Positions 10,639 to 20,586 of a stretch of DNA of 33,068 bases are shown here, piece after piece. Position numbers and translations under genes: made by a program. Position 1 is the stretch's first letter. Every line of letters starts with the position of its first letter. Below the pieces are notes generated by a model. The model did not search any database. It had not been told where the DNA came from and worked only from the letters and a program-made list of their open reading frames with translations. The DNA lies in contig JAUCBJ010006234.1 in the NCBI GenBank assembly GCA_032718475.1, positions 1-33,068 of the forward strand. Direction: 5' to 3'. The DNA is from Nemertoderma westbladi (lineage: Eukaryota; Animalia; Xenacoelomorpha).

Positions 10639-10914
10639 GATAGATAGATTGATTTACTATGACAACAACATGAGCCTCTTGCAAGCAATCAAACAGTCGG
10701 CCGTGGCTGGATGCATCCCGAAGGCTCCTCTTTCGATACCCGCTTTCCGAGGGTAGAGGTGGGTGCTACTCCTATCCAAAGTTTTACACCCAGTAATTCC
10801 AACTGGTCCGCATTTTATCGACACCAGAGGGTTGAAAGGGCGGACCTTGGCGGTGGTCGAACCTACAACCAATAGATTGCAGGCCTGGCGCTCAACCAAC
10901 TGATATATCCCGCC
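10639..10914 (-). mobile_element. tRNA-derived SINE with (CTAT)-type tail
   Basis: 5' tRNA-like head GGCGGGATATATCAGTTGGTTGAGCG...GGTTCGACC (A/B-box-like); central CCTTTCAACCCTCTGGTGTCGATAAAATG segment resembling conserved metazoan SINE cores (from memory); 3' AATCAATCTATCTATC. Confidence 0.75.
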
Positions 10915-10956
10915 TTAGATTCTAGGATAATTATCAAATATAAATTAGTAACTTAC

Positions 10957-11017
10957 CCCTTTTGGTTACAGAACGGTCAGCATGACGACGTTGTGGTGGT
11001 GACCAAAGATCATCATC
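10957..11017 (-). CDS. Small secreted-peptide gene, coding exon 2: DDDLWSPPQRRHADRSVTKR
   Basis: Acceptor TATGTAG|, donor |GTAAGT (10956-10951); 61-nt GC-richer island in AT-rich flanks, open in phase 0 after exon 1. Confidence 0.7.
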
Positions 11018-11310
11018 CTACATAATAATTATTATAATAAGTTAAACCCACGTCCACTGTGACCCTGTTCAATAGTGATAATTGTAATAATATATATAAT
11101 TGTGACGCCCTAGAACTGCTGAGTCACACTCTCCCAACGCAAAATATATTTCAGACTTATGGCATACATGGTTACACAATGGTTAAAACAGCAGTACCTA
11201 TATTCTAATGAGGCTTCCTTCATCACGTTTGCCACACACTACGAATGTTTGTTTTTAATGAAGCCTGGACAGGTTTTAAATGTCTAATTAGCAATCAAAG
11301 CATCTGAAGT

Positions 11311-14161
11311 GAAGTGTCTGAAGTGTCTGATTGGCTCTTCTTATCAGAGTCCAAGTGTCTGATTGGCCCTTCTTATCGGAGTCCAAGTGTCTGATGGGCC
11401 CTTCTAATTGGAGTCCGAGTCCAAGTGTCTGATTGGCCCTTCTTATCGGTGTCCCAAATGTCTGATTGGCCCTCCTTATCAGAGTCCAATTGTCTGATTG
11501 GACCTTCTTATTGGAGTCCAAGAGTCTGATTGGCCCTTCTTATTGGTGTCCAATTGTCTGATTGGCCCTTTTTATCGGAGTCCAAGTGTCTGATTGGCCC
11601 TTCTTATCGGAGTCCAAGTTTCTGATTGGCCCTTCTTATTGGTGTCCAAGTGTCTGATTGGCCCTTCTTATCAGAGTCCAAGTGTCTGATTGGCCCTTCT
11701 TATCAGAGTACAAGTGTCTGATTGGCCCTTCTTATCGGAGTCCAAGTGTCTGATTGGCCCTTCTTATCAGAGTCCAAATGTCTGATTGGCCCTTCTTATC
11801 AGAGTCCAAGTGTTTGATTGGCCCTTCTTATCGGAGTCCAAGTGTCTGATTGGCCCTTCTTATCAGAGTCCAAATGTCTGATTGGCCCTTCTTATCAGAG
11901 TCCAAGTGTTTGATTGGATCGGAGTCCAAGTGTCTGATTGGCCTTTCTTATTAGAGTCCAAGTCCAAGTGTCTGATTGGCCTTGTTATCGGAGTCTGAGT
12001 CCAAGTGTCTGATTGCCCCTTCTTATCAGAGTCAGAGTCCAAGTGTGTGATTGTCCCTTCTTATTGGGGTCTAAGTGTCTGATTGGCCCTTCTTATCAGA
12101 GTCCATGTGTCTGATTGGCCATTCTTAATGGTGTCCTAGTGTCTGATTGGTGCTTCTTATTGGTGTCCAAGTTTGTGATTGGCCCTTCTTATCGGAGTCC
12201 AAGTGTTTGATTGGCCCTTATAGGAGTCCTAGTGTCTGATTGGCCCTTTTTATCGGTGTCCAAGTGTCTGATTGGCCCTTCTTATTGGTATCCAAGTGTC
12301 TGATTGGCCTTTTCTTATCAGAGTCCAAGTGTCTCATTGGCCCTTCTTGTCGGAGTCCAAGTGTCTGATTGGCCCTTCTTATCAGAGTCCAAGTGTCTAA
12401 TTGGCCCTTCTTATCGGTGCCCAAGTGTCTGATTGGCCCTTCTAATTGGAGTCCGAGTCCAAGTGTCTGATTGGCCCTTCTTATCGGTGTCCCAAGTGTC
12501 TGATTGGCCCTCCTTATCGGAGTCCAATTGTCTGATTGGCCCTTCTTATTGGAGTCCAAGTGTCTGATTGGCCCTTATTATCGGTGCCCAATTGTCTGAT
12601 TGGCACTTTTTATCGGAGTCCAAGTGTCTGATTGGCCCTTCTTATCGGAGTCCAAGTTTCTGATTGGCCCTTCTTTTTGGAGTCCAAGTGTCTGATTGGC
12701 CCTTCTTATCGGAGTCCAAGTGTCTGATTGACCCTTCTTATCAGAGTCCAAGTGTCTGATTGGCCCTTCTTATCGGAGTCCAAGTGTCTGATTGGCCCTT
12801 CTTATCGGAGTCCAAGTGTCTGATTGGCCCTTCTTTTTGGAGTCCAAGTGTTTGATTGGCCCTTCTTATCGGAGTCCAAGTGTCTGATTGGCCTTTCTTA
12901 TTAGAGTCCAAGTCCAAATGTCTGATTGGCCTTTCTTATCGGAGTCTGAGTCCAAGTGTCTGATTGCCCCTTCTTATCAGAGTCAGAGTCCAAGTGTCTG
13001 ATTGGCCCTTCTTATCGGTGTCCAAGTGTCTGATTGGCCCTTCTTATCCATGTCCAACTGTATGATTGGCTCTTCTTATCGGAGTCCAAGTCCAAGTGTC
13101 TGATTGGCCTTTCTTATCGGAGTCCGAGCCCAAGTGTCTGATTGGCCCTTCTTATCAGTGTCCAAGTGTCTGATTGGTCTTTCTTATCAGAGTTCAAGTC
13201 CAAGTATCTGATTGGCCTTTCTTATCGGAGTCCGAGTCCAAGTGTCTGATTGGCCCTTATCAGTGTCCAAGTGTCTGATTGGCCCTTCTTATCAGTGTCC
13301 AAGTGTCTGATTTGCCCTTATCAGTGTCCAAGTGTCTGATTGGCCCTTCTTATCAGTGTCCAAGTGTCTGATTGGCCCTTCTTATCAGTGTCCAAGTGTC
13401 TGATTGGCCTTTCGTATCAGTGTCCAAGTGTCTGATTGGCCCTTCTTATCAGTGTCCAAGTGTCTGATTGGCCTTTCTTATCAGAGTCCAAGTCCAAGTG
13501 TCTCATTGGCCTTTCTTATCGGAGTCCGAGTCCAAGTGTCTGATTGGCCCTTATCAGTGTCCAAGTGTCTGATTGGCCCTTCTTATCAGTGTCCAAGTGT
13601 CTGATTGGCCCTTCTTATCAGTGTCCAAGTGTCTGATTGGCCTTTCTTATCAGTGTCCAAGTGTCTGATTGGCCCTTCTTATCAGTGTCCAAGTGTCTGA
13701 TTGGCCTTTCTTATCAGAGTCCAAGTCCAAGTGTCTGATTGGCCCTTCTTATCAGTGTCCAAGTGTCTGATTGGCCCTTCTTATCAGTGTCCAAGTGTCT
13801 GATTGGCCTTTCTTATCAGTGTCCAAGTGTCTGATTGGCCCTTCTTATCAGTGTCCAAGTGTCTGATTGGCCTTTCTTATCAGAGTCCAAGTCCAAGTGT
13901 CTGATTGGCCTTTCTTATCGGAGTCCGAGTCCAAGTGTCTGATAGGCCCTTCTTATCAGTGTCCAAGTGTCTGATTGGCCCTTCTTATCAGTGTTCAAGT
14001 GTGTGATTGGCCCTTCTTATTGGAGACCAAGTGTCTGATCGGCCTTCTTATCGGTGTCCAAGTTTCTGATTGGCCCTTCTTATCGGTGTCCAAGTGTCTG
14101 ATTGGCCCTTCTTATCGGTGTCCAAGTGTCTGATTGGCCCTTCTTATCGGAGTCCAAGTGT
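11311..14161. repeat. 32-bp satellite (GTCCAAGTGTCTGATTGGCCCTTCTTATCRGA)n, ~85-90 units with 29- and 38-bp variants
   Basis: Directly visible; lies within intron 1 of the - strand peptide gene. Confidence 0.95.
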
Positions 14162-14280
14162 TTAATCCTCATCCCTCACTTCTCTCTCTGGGCCTATAAA
14201 CAAAATCAGGGTCATAATGCTGTAAAGTGTTAATTTTCACACTAAATGATGTAAATAATAGTAATTAATTAATGGCTTAC

Positions 14281-14349
14281 CCCCGGGAGGACAGTCCATG
14301 CAATGGCCGCCGACAGAAGCATAGCAAAAATAATAGCCTCTTTCATCAT
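14281..14349 (-). CDS. Small secreted-peptide gene, coding exon 1 (signal peptide): MMKEAIIFAMLLSAAIAWTVLPG
   Basis: AAG-ATG start; n/h/c signal-peptide pattern with A-I-A|W; donor GTAAGC (14280-14275) in phase 0; possible upstream acceptor CACAG| at 14381. Confidence 0.75.
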
Positions 14350-14495
14350 CTTAATCTCCCCACAACAGCTTCTTATAATTCTGTGATATTATTAAACTGT
14401 TAATACTGTTAAACTAAACTTAATGTACTTAAACAGTTTTATTGGCACATAAGAAAGTATTGGTATTCGATATAAAAAGGGGGTGTAAACGTTAA

Positions 14496-14834
14496 GCAGA
14501 CACTGGTGCAGACACTGGTACAGACACCTGGTCCAGACAGTGGTGCAGACACCTGGTGCAGACAGTGGTGCAGACACCTGGTCCAGACCGTGGTGCAGAC
14601 ACCTGGTGCAGACAGTGGTGCAGACACCTGGTCCAGACAGTGGTGCAGACACTGGTGCAGACACCTGGTGCAGACAGTGGTGCAGACACTGGTGCAGATA
14701 CTGGTGCAGACAGTGGTGCAGACACCTGGTGCAGACACTGGTGCAGACACCTGGTCCCGACTGTGGTGCAGACACCTGGTCCAGACAGTGGTGCAGACAC
14801 CTGGTGCAGACACTGGTGCAGACACTGGTGCAGA
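14496..14834. repeat. 12/13-bp minisatellite (TGGTGCAGACAC / TGGTGCAGACACC / TGGTSCAGACAG), block 1
   Basis: Directly visible. Confidence 0.95.
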
Positions 14835-15435
14835 CTACTACTACTACTAGTATCGGCATGCTGCATTGCAGCTGCATTTTTAAGAATGCTGTGCCGGCTT
14901 GTCGACAAAATTGCGCCGCCACAACTCACTATCACCCATGGCATTTGCTATATCATCCGCATCTTCAAGGCCAGTGTCCTTTAAGATGCGTCTCAAAGAA
15001 AGTCATTGGCTGTCCATCATGCTTATTCACTCCATGAGGCTGCCAAAGTACAAGATTATGCACTGGTTGGTCCTCACGGCGAAAGCAATGTCCTGCAAAG
15101 CGGAGGCGATTTTGTTCTAGTGTCAAGCTTGGGGGAACCAATGAGACACCTCCAATGTTATATAGTGTCTGGTTGGAGATGTGTGCATTGTACTTGACAC
15201 AATGAACCCGACGTAGCATTCTTGTGAATGTGCCATCCAGAGATTTGGTGTCCTCAGCAGTTAGAGCCCAGCGTGGACTCCCATAGAGGAGTACTGGAAC
15301 TACTGCTGCTCTAAATAATCGGACCTTAAGTTTCCGATTAATTCTTGGTGACTTCCAAATCCTGGAAAGCCTATTCAAGGCTGCCCATGCCTTGCCCTTA
15401 CGTATTCGAAGGTCCTCACCTGACTTCCGGATCCG
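14835..15435 (-). mobile_element. 5'-truncated RTE-clade LINE (post-RT C-terminal region with (TAG)n tail)
   Basis: IRKGKAWAALNRLSRIWKS...LKVRLFRAAVVPVLLYGS..W...RLRFAGHCFR; (CTA)5 at 14835-14850. Confidence 0.9.
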
Positions 15436-16488
15436 GACAGTGGTGCAGACACCTGGTGCAGACAGTGGTGCAGACACCTGGTCCAGACAGTGGTGCAGAC
15501 ACTGGTGCAGACACCTGGTGCAGACAGTGGTGCAGACACCTGGTGCAGACAGTGGTGCAGACACCTGGTCCAGGCAGTGGTGCAGACACCTGGTCCAGAC
15601 AGTGGTGCAGACACCTGGTGCAGACACTGGTGCAGACACCTGGTGCAGACACCTGGTGCAGACAGTGGTACTGACACCTGGTCCAGACAGTGGTGCAGAC
15701 ACCTGGTCCAGACAGTGGTGCTGACACCTGGTCCAGACAGTGGTGCAGACACCTGGTCCAGACAGTGGTGCAGACACCTGGTGCAGACAGTGGTGCAGAC
15801 ACCTGGTCCAGACAGTGGTGCAGACACCTGGTGCAGACAGTGGTGCAGACAGTGGTGCAGACACCTGGTGCAGACAGTGGTCCAGACAGTGGTGAAGACA
15901 CTGGTGCCGACACTGGTGCGGACACAGGTGCAGACATTGGTGCAGACACTGGTGCAGACATTGGTGTAGACACTTGGGGCAGACAGTGGTACAGACACTC
16001 GTGCCGACACTGGTGCAGATACTGATGCAGACATTGGTGCAGACACTGGAGCAGACACTGGTGCAGACAGTGGTGCAGACACCTGGTGCAGACATTGGTG
16101 CAGACACTAATGTCAACACCTGGTGCAGTCGGTGGTGCAGACACTGGTGCAGACACTGGTGCAGACACTGGTGCAAACACTGGTGCAAACACTGGTGCAG
16201 ACACCTGGTGCAGACACCTGGTACAGACACCTGGTGCAGACTGTGGTGCAGACACTGGCGCAGACACTGGTGCAGACACTGGTGCAGACAGTGGTGCAGA
16301 CACTGGTGCGGACACTGATGATGACGCTGGTGCAGACACTGGTGCAAACACTGGTGCAAACACCTGGTGCAGACAGTGGTGCAGACACTGGTGCAGACAC
16401 TGGTGATGACACTGGTGCAGACACTGGTGCAGACACCTGGTGCAGACACTGGTGCAGACAGTGGTGCAGACACTGGTGCAGACACTGG
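15436..16488. repeat. 12/13-bp minisatellite, block 2
   Basis: Same units as block 1; homogeneous on the left, more degenerate at 15890-16330. Confidence 0.95.
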
Positions 16489-17213
16489 TAATCAACTAAG
16501 GAAGGTCGTCGACTTCCAGTACCTTGGATCATGGATAGAGAGTAGCAAAAAGGACATAGAAGTTAGGAAAGCAAAGGCTTGGGTAGCTCTATCAAAAATG
16601 GATACCATCTGGAAATCAGATCTCTCCAGACACCTGAAGACTAAGTTCTTTCGAGCCACAGGGGAAAGTGTATTTTTATACGGGGGTGAGACCTGGACAC
16701 TGACTAAATCACTTGAACAACGAATTGATGATTGCTACACAAGACTACTAAGGGCAGCCCTAAACATCAGCTGGAGACAACACATGACAAACGCCGAGCT
16801 TTATGGTACAATACCACCTGTATCAACCACCCTCCGTGAACGCAGATTAAAATTCAGTGGGCACTGCTGGCGAAGTAAAGGCGAGGTCATACCAGATCTA
16901 CTTTTCTGGCAACCAACTCATGGAAAGCGTAGTCGTAAACGACCGGCCATAACATATAGATCAACTTGAAAGGGATTCTGTACTTGGAGAATCGAAATTC
17001 GACAACTATGGAGAATCGGGAAGCCTGGAAGGATCTCATTTCCACTGTCCGAGTTCGCTCGACCTAGTAGTAGTAGTAGAGTCGGGAAGCCTGGAAGGAT
17101 CTAATTTCCACTGTCCGAGTTCGCTCGACCTAGTAGTAGTAGTAGAATCGGGAAGCCTGGAAGGATCTCATTTCCACTGTCCGAGTTCGCTCGACCTAGT
17201 AGTAGTAGTAGTA
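16487..17213 (+). mobile_element. 5'-truncated RTE-clade LINE (second family) with triplicated 66-bp 3' end
   Basis: VVDFQYLGSWI...RKAKAW...FLYGGETWTLT...RRLKFSGHCWR; 3' units start at 17012, 17078 and 17144, each ending in (TAG)4-5. Confidence 0.9.
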
Positions 17214-17394
17214 TTTAAATTAATTTTTAATAATATTAAATATTATGTTTGGTACCAAATTTTATCATACCCATGGTGCCTCCCGCCTACTCAATAGACA
17301 TTGTAATGGACTTATTTTAATACCAGTATAGATTGTCTAGTCAAAGGTAATTATTGGTGCGAGTTTTCCCAGAGATTTGTGTACAGAAGCTTTA

Positions 17395-17680
17395 GTCCAT
17401 CGACTAATGTCACCCAGCTCCTGCTCCATAGCGACCACCACACCTGGGCACGCCTTGGAGGAGTGCCGCAACTCAGGTGTGGGGTTCAGCCCCTTGTGAT
17501 GGAGCCTCTGGGGGACTCAATCGCCATCCTTCGGGAAATCGCGCTTCTTCAGACCCTGCGCAATGATATTTCCGTCTCCGAAGCAGTCCAGCACTTATTT
17601 CAAAGCTTGTTTTCAGTGTGACGTGGGAATGCTGTAATCTGGCTCCGCAGAGGTGCAGTTTTATCCCTCTCTTAGTGCCG
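17395..17680 (+). mobile_element. Degenerate 3' fragment of a CRE-like (restriction-like endonuclease) non-LTR retrotransposon
   Basis: Frameshifted translation ATTTPGHALE..ECRNSGVGF.PLVMEPLG...EAVQHLFQSL...RGNAVIWLRR matches the remembered C-terminal pattern of animal CRE elements (PL..ETLG...HLFQRL....RGNA). Confidence 0.65.
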
Positions 17681-17799
17681 GTCGCATTTCTCTATGGGTG
17701 TAATTGCCCTGTCGAAATTTGTAGATAGTGTGTATTATTCATTAGAGTGGACGTGATGGTGGTTAATGGATAATATACACTACCCTTTCATTTTAGCGA

Positions 17800-18030
17800 G
17801 TGGTTAAAGGCGTCCAAGTACAGTAGGGTTCATCACAGTAGTGGCTGCAGATGATGGTAATGACAGATGTGAGGCTATGAGGACGTACATTGTGGATTTA
17901 CAAGATGCCAGGTAGTATTTCCAGATCTACCTTTTACCTGTGCCGTTGGCTGAATGGTAAGAGCGTAATACTTCCAACATGGAGGTCACCAGTTCGGTCC
18001 CACCTGGATGTCATTGCCAAAATTACTAAG
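17800..18030 (+). mobile_element. ~230-bp repeat containing an internal tRNA-like module (SINE-like or long TIR), left copy
   Basis: TGGCTGAATGG (A-box-like), CTTCCAA loop and GTTCGGTCC (B-box-like) at 17941-18010; whole segment aligns in inverse orientation to 18760-18985. Confidence 0.6.
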
Positions 18031-18759
18031 CTGTACCAAACGAAAATTACAGTAAAATTTTTGGCAACAAGAATCTACAATAACAATTAAAAGAAATGCA
18101 ATTATATGTTGTAATCTAGAAAGACATGTATATACGTATATATGCACGTATATATATATATGTATATGTTATATAAGATAATGTATCAGTGAACATAGGA
18201 ACATAGGAAATTATCTTTACAAGTTTAAAATAACGAGTACAAATCGGCCGGCGCACTAATAAAAGTTCATCTTTGCTTAAATTATACTTAGGTAATAAAA
18301 ACTAAAAACTGGTTCAAACCAATTGAGGTTATATATACAGATAGGCCTATTTAATAATGCTTCACTCTCCAATTGGAAGAAATAGATTTTAATTTGAAGT
18401 CGCAACTTTCGTATTGTGTTGCTACAGAATATCGACGCATTCGTCACATCTTTCTTATATATCCTACACAGTTTCATGGCAGAGTAACAATTCCTTAGCA
18501 GTTAGGAATGTTAATTAACACCAAACCGCACCTTGTTGCAGCTATCTGAGTTGAGATATCACCCTTTGGGGTGCGAATTATCTGATATCCCAAAGGACAG
18601 ATGTTGATATAATTATTAAATTGTTCCGGCATCTGGTAACAGGTTGTAAACTTGCAAACATAGGTCGTGTACTTAGTTCTTACTAACCACACGTAGTCAG
18701 ACTAAACTTTGCACTCCATTCTACCTAAATTCAGTTATAACTTTTGTTGGGCACAGCTT

Positions 18760-18985
18760 TGCAAAATCGGCAATGACGTCAAGGTGGGGTCGAACTGGTG
18801 ACCTCCGGGTTGGAAGTCTGACGTTCTTTCCATTCAGGTAGCGGCTCAGGTAAAAGATAGACCTGGAAATACTATCTGAGACCTTGTATGTCCGCAATTT
18901 ACCACCTCATTGCCTCCTATCTGTCAAAACCAACATGTGCTGCCACTGTGCTCAACACTACAGTACTTGGCCGTCTCACCAATAA
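18760..18985 (-). mobile_element. Inverted second copy of the 17800-18030 repeat
   Basis: Shared blocks on the opposite strand, e.g. TAGTATTTCCAG.TCTA.CTTTTACCTG and GGAGGTCACCAGTTCG.CCCACCT. Confidence 0.6.
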
Positions 18986-19375
18986 CCATTGTAGAACACC
19001 AATAATAAATTCAGTTAGTGCTATTTTGTTGGGCCACCTGTGGATAGTAGAACTGAGAGTACGGTCTGTGTCCTTCCTAATTTCATAGACTTATTGTAGA
19101 TTTAAATATATCATTTTCGGTACATATCAATCAATTAATAATATATTTGTTGTCGCGAAACGGTGGGAAACGCAAATCCAATCTTTAGCTAATTATTATA
19201 TCGTCTCAATATTAAAGGAGCAGGTTACAGTGGCACGTTATTACAACTAAAACAATTAACGAAAGTGAATAGAACTGTGTTACAGTTTTATTTTTTAGAG
19301 TAATCAACTGTTATTTACGTTGATTTTCCCCTGGAAAGGGATGTATTGCTTTATTGCTTCGAAAGTCCAACCCCC

Positions 19376-19592
19376 ATCCAGAGATTTGGTGTCCTCAGCA
19401 GTTAGAGCCCTGCATGGACTCCCGTAGAGGAGTACTTGAACTAAATAATCGGACCTCAAGTTTCCGATGAATTCTCTGTGACTTCCAAATCCTGGAAAGC
19501 CTATTCAAGGCTGCCCATGCTTTTCCCTTACGTATTCGAAGGTCCTCACATGACTTCCGTATCCATGATCCCAGGTAACATAACTCGTCCAC
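19376..19592 (-). mobile_element. Internal fragment of the same RTE family as 14835-15435
   Basis: YLGSWIRKSCEDLRIRKGKAWAALNRLSRIWKS; near-identical DNA to 15235-15435. Confidence 0.9.
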
Positions 19593-19696
19593 ATGGATGA
19601 CCTTTTACGGCGATTGAGACCAGCGAGACTCAGCCCTTTGTAAGAGCCAGACATTCATTTAAAACTGTTCTTGGTTGCGAGATAAATTATTTAATT

Positions 19697-19842
19697 ACCT
19701 ACAGGACCTACAGGTGTCGCCTACAGGACGCCTACAGTGTCGCCTACAGTGTCGCCTACAGTGTCGCCTACAGTGTCGCCTAGTGTCGCCTACAGGACGC
19801 CTACAGTGTCGCCTACAGTGTCGCCTAGTGTCGCCTACAGGA
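19697..19842. repeat. 12-bp minisatellite (TCGCCTACAGTG)n
   Basis: Directly visible, with 10- and 11-bp variants. Confidence 0.9.
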
Positions 19843-19941
19843 CTTCATTAGATTTTATTTTCTTACTTTTATTTATACTTTTACTCTTAATGTGACGGTA
19901 TATTATCTGTTCGATTTGTTTTACTGTCTTTTGTTTTCCAG

Positions 19942-20086
19942 GCAACTTTTACTGCTCGGATTGCCATTGGTTGGATGTTAGCCCAATCCCTTCTCGGATC
20001 CTACACAATTGGGATTTTAATCCGAGACACATCTCTCGGCAGACCAGCCAATACCTCGATATAGTATTCAAGAAACCAATCATTCG
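19942..20086 (+). CDS. DEF8: DEF8-like gene exon (Rubicon-homology domain): (G)NFYCSDCHWLDVSPIPSRILHNWDFNPRHISRQTSQYLDIVFKKPII(R)
   Basis: TTTTCCAG| acceptor and |GTAGGG donor; matches the family motif G.YYC..CHW....IP.R..HNWDF; phase-2 join to 23681. Confidence 0.9.
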
Positions 20087-20586
20087 GTAGGGGGACTTTG
20101 TCTGTTTTTATCTCAATACCTCGAATACAGTAGGTGTGAATTATGTGCAACTACTTGAACTAGTGACAATAGCAAAAGTTGTGACAAAAACAAGTGACAA
20201 AAAGTGACAAAAGTTCTTTCCGCAACTTTCTTTTATCGAATTCATCATTTTATAAAAAATCAACCGAGTTTTTGAAATAATATTTTATCAAACTCCAAAT
20301 AACTTATTAAGAACAAATTATGTTGTGGCCCCATCTCCACCTGTAGAATATGGTTTAGTGGTCGAACGTTTTTGCATTCCATTTTTAATTTGCCTTATGT
20401 TGTGGCCCCATTATTTGTAATATAACATTTTGTTCTGTTGGTAAACTATTGATTTAATTCAATAATTTAGGAGCCATATTATATTCGATTGAAACACTCC
20501 AGGTCTACACTATTTTAGTCGGTGAAAATTAAAGTAAAAGATAGTGATATATTAGAACATTTTCTCTCCAATATTTGTTAAGCTTT

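Noticed and set aside
11311-14161. CRISPR array or coding ORFs in the 32-bp repeat
   Set aside because: Head-to-tail monomers with no unique spacers; the ORFs are short and frame-shifting.
14392-16532. Many overlapping ORFs (VSAP, CLHQ, VCTS, GADT, VQTL repeats), including apparent satellite-RTE fusion proteins
   Set aside because: Products of a stop-poor 12/13-bp satellite that is open in most frames; only the RTE-derived parts are real coding relics.
17941-18012. Functional tRNA gene (Gly-TCC-like loop); similarly a Cys/Ala-like head at 10840-10914
   Set aside because: T-arm and acceptor stems do not pair, and the sequences are embedded in larger interspersed repeats.
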